Shown here piece after piece: positions 35,865-46,211 of a stretch of DNA of 64,000 nt. Source of the stretch: Syntrophales bacterium (GTDB lineage Bacteria > Desulfobacterota > Syntrophia > Syntrophales > UBA5619). Location: contig JAXGRQ010000008.1 of NCBI GenBank assembly GCA_040765725.1, positions 3,217-67,216 on the forward strand, in the 5' to 3' direction. Position numbers and translations under genes: made by a program. The notes beneath the pieces are model-generated. The model was not told where the DNA came from, made no database searches, and saw only the letters and a list, made by a program, of their open reading frames with translations. The first letter of the stretch is position 1. Each line of letters begins with the position of its first letter.

Positions 35865-36553
35865 TGCAGTATCCCCAAAATCATCACGGCTATGATCGGC
35901 CCGATAGATGCAAATCCCAGCAGACCAAAACCATCCGATACGGATGATCTGCGGGCAAGAACGGAGCTGAGCCCGAGAGACAGTGCAAGCACTACGGGAG
36001 CGGTCAATGCCCCGGTGGTTACACTCCCCGAGTCATAGGCCAAAGGGACGAACTCAGCAGGGGTGATCAAGGAAAGAATCAGGATGACGGAATAGCATAC
36101 CGTCAGCAGGTAGGCCATGCGAATCCCGAAAACGATACGCAGCATGGCAATGGCGACGGAAATCCCCACACCAACGGCGATGACATATATAACAGAGTGC
36201 CCGGAAATGGCACCCCGGGCGATTTCCTCGATCTGCTTGGATAAAACCAGCACGTCCGGTTCGGCGACCGTGGTGGCAAACCCGAATGAAAACGCTACCA
36301 CCGCGATGAGGAACAGTGATCCTTTCTTCGGCAGTTCGGCACCGATGGTTCTTCCCATCGGAAGAATCCCGATGTCGATACCCATCAGGAAAAAAATCAT
36401 TCCGATGGTCGCCATCAGTGATCCAATGAGAAACTGGAGGAACAGCATGGTGGGCGCTTGTACCCATGTCCATTGAAGAATGCAGACAATCACAATCAAA
36501 GGCGAGATCGCCTGAAGGACTTCACGAAATTTTTCCTTGAATAACGGCAGCAT
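35861..36553 (-). CDS. DUF1538 membrane protein
   Basis: Multi-TM; TTVAEPDV, LAYDSGSVTTGALTAP, DGFGLLGFASIGPI. Confidence 0.82.
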   Translation of the reverse strand: MLPLFKEKFREVLQAISPLIVIVCILQWTWVQAPTMLFLQFLIGSLMATIGMIFFLMGIDIGILPMGRTIGAELPKKGSLFLIAVVAFSFGFATTVAEPDVLVLSKQIEEIARGAISGHSVIYVIAVGVGISVAIAMLRIVFGIRMAYLLTVCYSVILILSLITPAEFVPLAYDSGSVTTGALTAPVVLALSLGLSSVLARRSSVSDGFGLLGFASIGPIIAVMILGILH

Positions 36554-36634
36554 ATTTTCCTGTCCTGAGAGCAACAAAGGGAGGGGACGTTGCGTTGCAA
36601 CCGCACCTGCGGGATAGAGGGTTCCATGGTTCCG

Positions 36635-36970
36635 TTACTCTTTCAATAAATGGCAGATCCCGATGGTCTTCTCGACCTCCAGCACAAACGCCACCCCCAT
36701 ACCCGGTTTGTCCAAGTCTACGGCATGGCGGATGGCTTCCAACACGTTTTCCGACTTGGTTCGGTCGATGATGGTGAATACTATCTCTTTTTCAGGCTCT
36801 ACCGGTATCCCGAAAAGTTTCATTTTTTCATGGATGCCGGTTCCGCGACCGTAGATGATGGTTCCTCCTTCTGCACCGGCCTTTTTAGTGGCATCCACCA
36901 CCTCTTCGGCAAAACCTTTGTTGACGATGGTTACAATCAAATCAAAGGCTATCGGACAAGTATCTATCAT
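36635..36970 (-). CDS. PII-like signalling protein
   Basis: AGAEGGTIIYGRGTG, EPEKEI, PGMGVAFV; 111 aa. Confidence 0.85.
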   Translation of the reverse strand: MIDTCPIAFDLIVTIVNKGFAEEVVDATKKAGAEGGTIIYGRGTGIHEKMKLFGIPVEPEKEIVFTIIDRTKSENVLEAIRHAVDLDKPGMGVAFVLEVEKTIGICHLLKE

Positions 36971-37568
36971 GGAATTCCCTCCGAAAGATCCTTATCAATG
37001 TGTCGCTTGCAGAGGACAAATGCCTGCAAGTCCCTCTCCGTGAACAACAAAACTGATGTTTCCCCGGGTGTGTGAAATTCACTTCGTGCGGATCCGTCAT
37101 TCCTTTTCCACTTTCCTTTGATGTGGCCTATCTGCTCTTCATACACGAGCATGCTTGCAGTGCATACTTGAGTGCATTCAGTCGGATTCACATGACGTTT
37201 AAGCGGATGGCGACGATCGCATCTCTGGAGCGGAAATCTCGGTGTTGCAATGTCCAAACATCGTCGCATGGAATCGAAACGGTATGGATCACATCATCGT
37301 TTCTGATGATTCGGCAACAGATGGTAAATCCCGGCGCCCTCCATTTAAAAAATTCTCTTTATGTCTGAAAGTATAAGGAAGGCGCAACGTCAAGTCAACA
37401 AAAAACAGTTCAAAAAAACAGTTCGTAGGAAACAAGATAGCCTTTATGCAGAACATGTCCTGATCCTTTGTGACAAATAGTCGTAGACAAGTAAATCGAA
37501 CCTTCCTATACTGACATGCAAACCAAAGGAACGTCAATCCAAGGAGAGTCCTTTGACGGATAAGACTT

Positions 37569-37934
37569 ATGGATAAGCGGATGGAAGTTTTGAAAAAGAT
37601 CTTGATCACGCATCCTCACAATGAAATCCCGAATCTTCCTTTGGCAGATCAACTGGAATTTGCAAGAAAGGGAGCTTACCTGGAACACTGCTTTGCGGTC
37701 ACCACTCCCATGTTTTTCAATGCCCGGATTCAGGATCTGGTCGAGGCCATTCGAAAAGTGGGTCCGGATCGGTGCGTCCTCGCCTCGGATTTGGGTCAGG
37801 TCTGCAATCCCTCCCCGATGGAAGGGTTGCGCATATTTATCCTCGGGCTGATGAGCCTGGGCATTACCCGTGAGGAGATCGACACCATGGTCCGCAAAAA
37901 TCCGACGAAATTGCTAGGGTTGGATGAGGAATGA
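37569..37934 (+). pseudogene. C-terminal fragment of a DUF6282/amidohydrolase-like TIM barrel protein
   Basis: ILITHP, GAYLEHC, RCVLASDLGQ..NPSP.EG and NPTKLLG are present. The N-terminal HxH half is absent upstream. Confidence 0.55.
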
Positions 37935-38177
37935 GAGGGTGCTGGAAATAAGGCCTGCAGACTCGCGTCTGCCGGCCGAAACCCCAAAGCGCCTGCCGAT
38001 GGCCGAGGTGTGCCGGAAGCCCGGCCATGATCTTCTGCCGATCGTTGATCCTGACCGCCGGGCTGAATTCGGGGATTTCGAAATGCCGCCATGGAAGGAG
38101 CCGGCCCGGATCATGCCGCCGGTCGGCCGGTTCCGGACGGCAGGGTCGGTCACAAGGACAGTTGAGGAGGCATAGAC

Positions 38178-39074
38178 ATGTCGAGAATCGCCGCCAACGG
38201 CATCCAAATCGAGTATGAAACATTTGGGAACCCGTCAGACCGTCCGTTGCTGTTGATCACCGGATTGGGGGGACAAATGATCCATTGGGATGAAGACCTC
38301 TGCCGGGATCTTGCGGATCGCGGTCATTATGTCATCCGATACGATAACCGGGATACCGGACTCTCCACCAAATTCGACCATGCCGGTAAAACAAGGATCC
38401 GAGAAACGTTGGGAAAAATATCGAAAGGCGACAAGAGCGGTGTGCCCTACACCATAGAGGACATGGCGGACGACGGTGCGGCATTTCTGGCCGGGCTCGG
38501 AATTTCTTCCGCCCATATCTGCGGCACGTCGATGGGAGGAGCCATCGCCCAGACGATCACCCTTCGGCATCCTTCCAGGGTGTCGAGTTTGATCTCCATA
38601 TACTCGCACACGGGAAATCCGGCACTTCCGCAGCCGAAACCCGAAGTCACAGCGGCATTGATTGCCCGTGCCCCATCCGAGCGGGAAGCCTACATTGAGC
38701 ATATGACCCAATTCTTCAAAATGATTGCCGGGCGCGGTTTTCCGTTTGATGAAGCGTGGACCCGCAAGAAGATGGCTGCAAGTTTCGACCGTTGCCTCTA
38801 CCCGCAGGGCATGGGGCGCCAATTGATTGCCGTCAGGGCGCAAAATGACAGAACGTCGGAGCTTGCTTCCATCAAGGCGCCTGTCCTGGTTATTCACGGG
38901 ACGGATGATCCCCTGGTATCGGTGGAGGGCGGAAAAGAGACCGCTGCGGCAATACCGGGCGCCGAACTGCTGTTGATCGAGGGCATGGGGCATGATCTTC
39001 CGCACGGCGGGGCATGGCCGCAGATCGTCGACGCGATCACAGCCCATACGCAGAAGGCAAAAAATCGTATTTAA
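38178..39074 (+). CDS. alpha/beta hydrolase
   Basis: YDNRDTGLS, nucleophile elbow GTSMGG, HGTDDPLV, GMGHDLP; GAGGAGG RBS. Confidence 0.92.
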   Translation: MSRIAANGIQIEYETFGNPSDRPLLLITGLGGQMIHWDEDLCRDLADRGHYVIRYDNRDTGLSTKFDHAGKTRIRETLGKISKGDKSGVPYTIEDMADDGAAFLAGLGISSAHICGTSMGGAIAQTITLRHPSRVSSLISIYSHTGNPALPQPKPEVTAALIARAPSEREAYIEHMTQFFKMIAGRGFPFDEAWTRKKMAASFDRCLYPQGMGRQLIAVRAQNDRTSELASIKAPVLVIHGTDDPLVSVEGGKETAAAIPGAELLLIEGMGHDLPHGGAWPQIVDAITAHTQKAKNRI

Positions 39075-39202
39075 GTGCCACCAGGACTTTTTCTTTTTTT
39101 CACGGCCGGATATTGCGGTAAAAAATATTTTTCAATCAGACCGGCCGCTATCCCGGACGGCAAAAAATATGGATGACAGGCAGACTTTTTAAGGGCGGAC
39201 TC

Positions 39203-40561
39203 TCAGGAGGTTCGTCTGAATGCCGCCGCGAAAAAGCCATCCATGCCTTCGCGGTGGGGGCAGGTTCGGAAAAAGCCCCGAGCGTCGACAAGTTCCGGAG
39301 GCACGCCCTCCGGAGGGATGTGTTTGAAGTCGTGCCGCGCGGCGAGAAGGTGATCGACGACCGATTCATTTTCTTCTTGCGTGACGGTGCAGACGCAATA
39401 GACCAGAAGCCCGCCCGGTTTTACGGTTTCTGCCGCATTCGCGAGCAGGCGCTTCTGGAGAGCCATGGCGTTTTCGATGTCGGACGGGACGATCCGCCAG
39501 CGGATTTCGGGGTTTCGCCGCAGCGTTCCGAGACCGGAGCAGGGGGCGTCGACGAGAACCCGGTCGAAAGCGGCGCGAAAGGACTCCGGCATTGCGGTTG
39601 CGTCTCCCGGAAGGATATCCAAGATGGTTGTGCCGAGGCGGTTTGCCTCTTCGGAGAGGAGGCGCAGCCTGTCCGGATAAAGGTCCATGGCCGTGATCTG
39701 TCCCCGGTTTTCCATGATGGCGGCGAGGTGAAGCGTTTTTCCCCCGGTGCCGGAACAAACGTCGAGGATCCTCTCGCCGGGCCGCGGGGCAACGACGCGG
39801 GAAACGAGTTGGGACGCCTCGTCTTGAACCCGGATCAGACCGTCACGGAAGAAGACTGTCTGCCGGAGGTCGGCGGCCGGGGTCAGGAGATGCAGGCCGT
39901 CCGGGGAGAAGCGTGTTTTTTCGGCCGTGATCCCGTTTGCCGAGAGTTCCGTGACGATCTTCTCCCGTGATGTTTTCAGCCTGTTCACGCGCACGGTCAG
40001 CGGCGGGACGGCGTTGTTCGCGCGGCAAATGGCGATCGTCTCCCCGATGCCGCAACGGTCCAACCAGCGTTCCACGAGCCAGCGGGGGTGCGAATAAAGG
40101 ATGGAGATCGCCCTGCCGGGATCTTTCGCCATCTCCGGCCATGGGATGTTTTCCTGATTCCGTATCGCGTTCCGGAGAATCGCGTTCACCAGTCCCGCGG
40201 CGGCCGGACATCGCTGCCTTGCGATGCCGACGGCCTCGTTGACCGCGGCAAAGTCGGGGATCCGGTCCGTGAACAGGATTTGATAGAGAGCCGTTCGAAG
40301 AATGTTCCGGGGCGTCGTTTCCAGCGCGGATTCCTTTCCCCTGTAGAGACGGCCGATGATCCAGTCCAGGCGGCCCCGCATCCGGAGCGTTCCGTAGACG
40401 AGTTCGGTGAGGAGCTTCCGGTCGGGGAGACTCGGTATTTCTGTGCCGGTCAGCACGGCATCCAGCAGAGGTTCGGCGTATGCGCGGTCCCGGTCGATCC
40501 GGTCCAGAATATCAACGGCCATACCCCGAACCGTCTTTTTCTTTTTCCGTTCGGCATTCAT
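39203..40561 (-). CDS. rsmB: 16S rRNA m5C967 methyltransferase
   Basis: NusB-like N-terminus, SHPRWL, VQDEASQ, DVCSGTGGKT, VDAPCSGLG, DGFF. Confidence 0.93.
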   Translation of the reverse strand: MNAERKKKKTVRGMAVDILDRIDRDRAYAEPLLDAVLTGTEIPSLPDRKLLTELVYGTLRMRGRLDWIIGRLYRGKESALETTPRNILRTALYQILFTDRIPDFAAVNEAVGIARQRCPAAAGLVNAILRNAIRNQENIPWPEMAKDPGRAISILYSHPRWLVERWLDRCGIGETIAICRANNAVPPLTVRVNRLKTSREKIVTELSANGITAEKTRFSPDGLHLLTPAADLRQTVFFRDGLIRVQDEASQLVSRVVAPRPGERILDVCSGTGGKTLHLAAIMENRGQITAMDLYPDRLRLLSEEANRLGTTILDILPGDATAMPESFRAAFDRVLVDAPCSGLGTLRRNPEIRWRIVPSDIENAMALQKRLLANAAETVKPGGLLVYCVCTVTQEENESVVDHLLAARHDFKHIPPEGVPPELVDARGFFRTCPHREGMDGFFAAAFRRTS

Positions 40562-41511
40562 CCCCGGATATGCTCACCCAGAATTTGCCCCGGGAGGACG
40601 GAGCAGCCCCGCAGAAAATCGGCAACGCTCATCCGTTTCTTCCCTTCCAGTTGCACCTCTTTCAGCAGCAGATAACCGTTTCCCGCGGCGACACGGAGGG
40701 TGCCGGCCGGCTCGCCGGAAACCGTGCCCGGTGTCTCCGAAACGGGAGAGGGTTCCGCGGTGGCCGCAAACACCTTGAGTTGTTTGCCGGCGATCATCGT
40801 AAACGCCCCGGGGACAGGGGAAAGTCCCCGGATCAGCGAAACGATTTCTCGGCAATCCCGGTCCCAGCGAATTCGAGCCTCCTCCCGGCCGATGCGGGGG
40901 GCGGGAGATGCGAGGCGGTGATCCTGCGGACGCGGCAGCAGCGTTCCTGTCTGCAACATGGCCAAGGCCATGATCAGAAGTTCCGAACCCAATTTCGCCA
41001 GGCGATCCTGCAGTTCGCCGAATGTTTCTTCAGGCCCGATCGGCGTCTCCTGCTGGAGAAGGATATCGCCGGTGTCCACCCCCTCATCCATTCGCATGAT
41101 GGTGACCCCGGTCTCCTTTTCGCCTTGGATGATCGCGCGGTTGATCGGCGCCGCTCCACGGTATTTCGGCAGCAGCGACGGATGGATGTTGACGCAGCCC
41201 ATCCGCGGACCGTGAATGATCTCCGGGGGGAGGATCTGTCCGAAGGCCGCGACCGCAACGACGTCGGGCGCAAGCGTCCGAAATTTTGCCATGAAGTCGG
41301 GTTCCCGGACCTTTTCCGGCTGAAAAACCGGAAGGCCCAATTCCTCGGCCAGTCGCTTGACCGGGGGCGACGCCGGGGACCGGCCGCGTCCCTGCGGACG
41401 GTCCGGCTGCGTGACGACGGCAAGGACAGGCCAGCCGCCATGCACGAGGCCCCGAAGCGCCGGCACCGCAAAGTCCGGTGTTCCCATGAAAAGAATCGTC
41501 GGTTTGTTCAT
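40558..41511 (-). CDS. fmt: methionyl-tRNA formyltransferase
   Basis: FMGTPDFA, VVTQPDRP, NIHPSLLPKYRGAAPI. Confidence 0.96.
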   Translation of the reverse strand: MNKPTILFMGTPDFAVPALRGLVHGGWPVLAVVTQPDRPQGRGRSPASPPVKRLAEELGLPVFQPEKVREPDFMAKFRTLAPDVVAVAAFGQILPPEIIHGPRMGCVNIHPSLLPKYRGAAPINRAIIQGEKETGVTIMRMDEGVDTGDILLQQETPIGPEETFGELQDRLAKLGSELLIMALAMLQTGTLLPRPQDHRLASPAPRIGREEARIRWDRDCREIVSLIRGLSPVPGAFTMIAGKQLKVFAATAEPSPVSETPGTVSGEPAGTLRVAAGNGYLLLKEVQLEGKKRMSVADFLRGCSVLPGQILGEHIRG

Positions 41512-41554
41512 CTTGCGGCCTCCCGATATTTGTCCGGTCAACTGTTGGGCCGGT

Positions 41555-43738
41555 TTACATGAAATGGACCGGATCGACATCCACCTGAATTTCCAGTCCG
41601 CCTCTCCGCTCCTCGAGCACCTTTTCCGCCAAAAGGTGCAGCGGCCCGCTATGGGGACCCCGAAGAAGCATCTGCCAGCGGTAACGCCCCCGCAGCCGGG
41701 CCAGCGGGGATTCGGCGGGACCGATCACGTCCACCTTTCCGGCCGTCATGGTTGCGGCCAGTTCCCGTGCCCGCTTTCCGATATCCGTGACGGCCCTTTT
41801 TCCTTCCGTCTGCTTCAGACCGGAAAAATGGATGCCGATCAGACGTGAAAAAGGGGGATACCCGAGCTCCCGGCGGATGGGAAGCTCGTCCGCGTAGTAC
41901 CCTGCATAGTCGTGGTCCTGCGCGCGACGGATTGCGTAATGTCCGGGGTTGAACGTCTGCACGACGACCCGTCCCCTCTGATCGCCCCTCCCGCCTCTTC
42001 CCGAAACCTGCGTCAGGATCTGGAAAGTTCTTTCGGATGCCCTGAAGTCCGGGATGTTCAGGGAAGCGTCGGCGGCCAGGACGCCGACCAGTGTGATCTC
42101 CGGAAAATCATGACCTTTGGTGATCATCTGGGTGCCGATCAGGATGTCGATTTCACGTCGGTCGAGCTTCGCGAGAATCCTTTCCGTGTCCCCCCTCCGC
42201 GAGGTCGTATCGCTGTCCATCCGGACGATCCGCGCCTCCGGGAAGAGTTTCTTCGTTTCTTCGACGGCCCGCTCCGTCCCCGCCCCTTGGCTGCGGATGT
42301 GCCCCGCCCCGCAGGCGGGGCATAAATCCGGCGGTTTCGCCGTGAAGTCGCAGTGATGGCATTTCAAAACCCCCAGCGCGGCGTGGTTCGTCAGCGCCAG
42401 GTCACAGGAAGGGCAGGCAAAGACATGGCCGCAATCCGGACAGAAAAGAAAGGTGTGAAATCCGCGCCGGTTGAGGAACAACAGCGCCTGCTTCCGATGC
42501 TCCATGGTTTCCCGGAGCGCCTCGACCAGTGGACGGGAAAGGAGCGGCGTCCGGCCCTGGCCGTCCCGTTGCGTTCTCATGTCGACCACTTCGACGAGCG
42601 GCAGCGGGTGCTCATCCACTCGGCACGGGAGGGACAGGTAGCGGTACCGCCTCTCCATTGCCTGAAAATAGGTCTGGACCCCCGGCGTTGCGGAGCCGAG
42701 GATCACCGTGGCCCGCTCGAATTTTCCGCGCACCACGGCGAGGTCCCGCGCATTGTACCGCAAACGGTCGTCCTGTTTGTAGGAGGGGTCGTGCTCTTCA
42801 TCCACGATGATCAACCGAAGATCCCGAACCGGCGCAAAAAGGGCGGATCGCGCACCGACAACCAGGCGGATTTCGCCCCGGCAGAGTTGTTTCCACTGGT
42901 CATGCCGGGCGCCCTGGGAGATCCCGCTGTGCATCACCGCGATCGCCCTCTCGGGGAAACGTTCGCGGATGCGGGAGAGAAGCTGCGTGGTCAGGGCAAT
43001 CTCCGGGACCAGATAAATTGCCCCACCGCCGTTTTGAAGGGTTGCGTCGATGGCCCGGAGATACACCTCGGTTTTGCCGCTTCCCGTCACGCCGTGCAGC
43101 AGGCAGGGGGAGAAAAGCCGGGAGGAGAGACAGCCGTAAATTTCATGCAACGCCTGTTCCTGTGCTTCGTTCGGCAGGATGGCGTTCTTGTTGCAGCCGA
43201 TCTCTGTGGTGAAAACCGGTTTCCGCATCAGCGGCTGTTTGCGGAGAAGGATGACGCCTTTCTGTTCCAGTCTTCGAAGAAAAGAGGCCTCTCTGAGGCG
43301 GACCGGAAGCCCTGCAACGGGTATTTCCCCCTTTCCCCGGAGAAAGTCGATGAGGGCCTGCTGCTTTTCGGTGAGCTTGATCTCGGAGATATTTTCCGCA
43401 GGGCGGGAGATCATCTTTTCGATTTTCCCATCGGTTCCCACCGGGAGTATCTCCCCCAGCACTTTCCCCAACGGGCAAATATAATAGCGCGAAATCCACT
43501 CGAAATAGTCCAGATCCTGCCTGTTGAAAAAGGGCTCGGGATCCGGAAGATCGATGATCTCCCGGACCGTCTGTTCGGGCGCCGCGGACAGGGTCTCGAC
43601 AATCCAGCCGGTCAGACGCTTTTTCCCGAAGGGGACCAGAACACGCTTTCCCAGCGCCGCGGATGTCTCGAGGTATCCGGGAACGGAATAGGTAAAGGTC
43701 TTCGTGGAGGGAATCGGAACGGCAACCCTGACAAACAT
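41555..43738 (-). CDS. priA: primosomal protein N'
   Basis: HGVTGSGKTEVY, DEEHD, Cys-rich zinc motifs, GTQMITKGHDFP, YPPF. Confidence 0.95.
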   Translation of the reverse strand: MFVRVAVPIPSTKTFTYSVPGYLETSAALGKRVLVPFGKKRLTGWIVETLSAAPEQTVREIIDLPDPEPFFNRQDLDYFEWISRYYICPLGKVLGEILPVGTDGKIEKMISRPAENISEIKLTEKQQALIDFLRGKGEIPVAGLPVRLREASFLRRLEQKGVILLRKQPLMRKPVFTTEIGCNKNAILPNEAQEQALHEIYGCLSSRLFSPCLLHGVTGSGKTEVYLRAIDATLQNGGGAIYLVPEIALTTQLLSRIRERFPERAIAVMHSGISQGARHDQWKQLCRGEIRLVVGARSALFAPVRDLRLIIVDEEHDPSYKQDDRLRYNARDLAVVRGKFERATVILGSATPGVQTYFQAMERRYRYLSLPCRVDEHPLPLVEVVDMRTQRDGQGRTPLLSRPLVEALRETMEHRKQALLFLNRRGFHTFLFCPDCGHVFACPSCDLALTNHAALGVLKCHHCDFTAKPPDLCPACGAGHIRSQGAGTERAVEETKKLFPEARIVRMDSDTTSRRGDTERILAKLDRREIDILIGTQMITKGHDFPEITLVGVLAADASLNIPDFRASERTFQILTQVSGRGGRGDQRGRVVVQTFNPGHYAIRRAQDHDYAGYYADELPIRRELGYPPFSRLIGIHFSGLKQTEGKRAVTDIGKRARELAATMTAGKVDVIGPAESPLARLRGRYRWQMLLRGPHSGPLHLLAEKVLEERRGGLEIQVDVDPVHFM

Positions 43739-43843
43739 CCGGTTGTTCCTCAAAAAAAACCCCTCTTCGTTGTCCCCGTGTAGGGGGTGATGAGGGGGGA
43801 TGAAAGGCGGTGGGGGTTGCCCGGGATCGCGAAGGGGCGGGTT

Positions 43844-44209
43844 TTATTCCCCCTTGAGTTTTTCCATCTTCTCCTGCTTCATCTTGCATTCGATGCAGAG
43901 GGTCGTGACCGGCCTTGCCATCAACCTCTTTTCGGAAATCGGGCCGTTGCAGACTTCACAGATGCCGAAGACGCCGTCGTCCATCCGCTGGATGGCCTCT
44001 TTCATCTTGAGGATCAGTTTCCTCTCGCGGTCCCGGATCCTCAGCTCGAAATTCCGGTCCGATTCGAGCGAAGCGCGATCATTGGGATCCGGATAGTTTT
44101 CCTTTGCGCCGCTCGTCATTTCCGATACGGTTTTCCCCGCTTCTCCGAGAAGTTCGTTGATCTTCTGGGTCAGCATGTATCTGAAAAATTCTACCTTTTC
44201 GGGTTTCAT
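43844..44209 (-). CDS. dksA: RNA polymerase-binding factor DksA
   Basis: Coiled-coil tip PDPNDRA, C4 zinc finger CEVC...CIEC. Confidence 0.92.
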   Translation of the reverse strand: MKPEKVEFFRYMLTQKINELLGEAGKTVSEMTSGAKENYPDPNDRASLESDRNFELRIRDRERKLILKMKEAIQRMDDGVFGICEVCNGPISEKRLMARPVTTLCIECKMKQEKMEKLKGE

Positions 44210-44317
44210 GGTTGTTTTCGCCACGTCGCTTCTCGTCTCCTGAATACAATTTGGGGGAATGCTCATACAGGATCATGGAAGGTTTGTAAAGCAAAAAATG
44301 AACGGGGGCGCGTTTTT

Positions 44318-44800
44318 TCAAACTTTCCCGTAAATTCCCAGGATCTTTTCCACAATGTTTGTTGTGGAAGCCCCTTCGACCATCGGGATCAGGATAACCG
44401 ACCCCCCCCAGGACCGCACGGCATCGCGTCCAACGACGGCCTCTTCCGACCAGTCTCCCCCCTTGATCAGGCAATCGGGCCTCAGGTATTCGATCAGTTT
44501 GAGGGGGGTGGTTTCATCGAAAAGGGTCACATAATCGACCGCTTCCAGGGATGCAATCACCTCGGCCCTCTGCCGCTGGGGCACGAGGGGCCGCTTCGCT
44601 CCCTTGATGGCCCGGACAGAGGCGTCACTGTTCAGGGCGACGACGAGCAGATCCCCTGCCTTCCGCGCTTCCCGAAGGTACCGGACATGTCCCACATGCA
44701 AAATGTCGAAACAGCCGTTCGTAAACGCGATCTTGTCGCCCCGGCGGCGGTGAAGTTCGACCTTTTGCTTCAATTCTTCCCAACCGAGAATTTTTTCCAT
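44318..44800 (-). CDS. rfaE2: D-glycero-beta-D-manno-heptose 1-phosphate adenylyltransferase
   Basis: FTNGCFDILHVGH, LNSDASVR, KGGDW, STTNIV. Confidence 0.92.
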   Translation of the reverse strand: MEKILGWEELKQKVELHRRRGDKIAFTNGCFDILHVGHVRYLREARKAGDLLVVALNSDASVRAIKGAKRPLVPQRQRAEVIASLEAVDYVTLFDETTPLKLIEYLRPDCLIKGGDWSEEAVVGRDAVRSWGGSVILIPMVEGASTTNIVEKILGIYGKV

Positions 44801-44819
44801 AAGACCGTTTCCCTCCGTG

Positions 44820-45608
44820 TCATCCCTCGGCTTCTGCAGACCGTTCCGGCAAGGTCTGCCCCGGCTCCGGAGGGGTATCGATGTCCCGGACCGCCCGGGC
44901 CAAGGTGAGAACGGCGACCGCTTCCGCCTTTGCGCGGATCAGGGTTCGGGAACATTCCTCCAGCGTGCTGCCCGTGGTGTAGACATCGTCCACCAGAAGG
45001 ATCCTGCGTCCGGCGATCCGTTCCGGATGTCTGACCGTAAAGATGCCGTGAACATTCGCGCACCGTTCCTTCCGGTCCAAACCAACCTGCGGCGGCGTAA
45101 AAATCTCGCGCCGCAGCGATGTGAAATCAAGCATAATTCCGAACCGTTTGGCCAGTGCGCGCGCCAGGATCACGGATTGGTTGAATCCCCTGCTCCTCAG
45201 TCTTTTCCGGTGCAGCGGCACGGGAACGACCCGCTCGAAAACCTTCATGTCCCAGAGGGTCTCTGCGAAGTCGGCCATGATTCCGCCCAAGATTTTTCCG
45301 ATGCCCGTTTTCCCTTGGTACTTGAAACGGTGAATGGCCGTCAAGAGCGTTCCCTCATAACTCCCCACCGAGCGGGCGACCGCATAGGGTCTGTCCATCC
45401 TGAGACAGTCGCCGCAGAGGCGATCCTCCCCTTCGGCGACGGGAAAGGGGACCCCGCAACGGGGACAAAGGGGGGAATGGAGAATTCGGATCCCGGCCCG
45501 ACAGGATGGACAGAGCGGGAGCGCATCGTGGCGCTCCAACGGCTCATCGCAGGTCATGCAGCGGGGCGGATAGATCAGGTCGGCGATCCCGGTCAGGATC
45601 TTTTTCAA
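44820..45608 (-). CDS. comF: ComF family protein (double zinc ribbon + PRTase)
   Basis: YPPRC..C, PVPLH..RLRSRGFNQS, LLVDDVYTTGST. Confidence 0.9.
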   Translation of the reverse strand: MKKILTGIADLIYPPRCMTCDEPLERHDALPLCPSCRAGIRILHSPLCPRCGVPFPVAEGEDRLCGDCLRMDRPYAVARSVGSYEGTLLTAIHRFKYQGKTGIGKILGGIMADFAETLWDMKVFERVVPVPLHRKRLRSRGFNQSVILARALAKRFGIMLDFTSLRREIFTPPQVGLDRKERCANVHGIFTVRHPERIAGRRILLVDDVYTTGSTLEECSRTLIRAKAEAVAVLTLARAVRDIDTPPEPGQTLPERSAEAEG

Positions 45609-45610
45609 GT

Positions 45611-46009
45611 CTATATCCCTTGCGGCAGTTCCTTCAGCAAAGCGTTTCCGTCGGGGATCGCCGCGCGCGGCGTTTCGAACCAGAGCCGCTCCAAGTCATA
45701 GAAGGCCCGGACGGATTCGAGGAAAACATGGATGATCACGTCGTCGTAATCCAGCAGGATCCACCTCCCCGCATCCTCCCCTTCAACCCCAAGAGGGAGG
45801 ATTTCCGCCTTTTTCAGGCTTTCCTGGATCGCGGCGGCGATTGCCCGGACCTGGCGGTCGGATGTTCCGCTGCAGAGGATGAAATAATCCGCAAAGCTGG
45901 AAACCGAGCTGACATTGAGGATGATGAGGTCTTTCGCCTTTTTTTCCATCGAGGCGTTGAGACACAGCAGCGCCCTCTCCCGCGAATCTCTCTCTTTTTC
46001 CCTCGTCAA
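45611..46009 (-). CDS. rsfS: ribosome silencing factor
   Basis: KKAKD, ADYFILCSG, WILLDYDDVIIHVF, FYDLERLW. TTG start follows GGAGG. Confidence 0.92.
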   Translation of the reverse strand: MTREKERDSRERALLCLNASMEKKAKDLIILNVSSVSSFADYFILCSGTSDRQVRAIAAAIQESLKKAEILPLGVEGEDAGRWILLDYDDVIIHVFLESVRAFYDLERLWFETPRAAIPDGNALLKELPQGI

Positions 46010-46211
46010 ATATCCTCCTCTTCCCGAATGGTCGCCGGACCGTCTGCAGCTCCCCTCTTCCTGCCTCTTCCCTCGATGCACGGTTTGTCTTTTCATTAGC
46101 AGAATAAAGGGTTTGTGTCAATGAACATCGGACCCGGAGCGGCAGATTGGCGTTGTGAAAAGAAACCGCCTGTGCTAAACACATGCCCGTGTGAACGGAG
46201 GTGGGTATCCC

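Noticed and set aside
37160-37325. Minus-strand GTTGCCGAATC and GTGAATCC resembling a c-di-AMP (ydaO) riboswitch upstream of the PII gene
   Set aside because: The GTACGG/GGAAC, GGGG-TGAATC and CCCGTCAGCTAAC elements are missing. An Infernal search would settle it.
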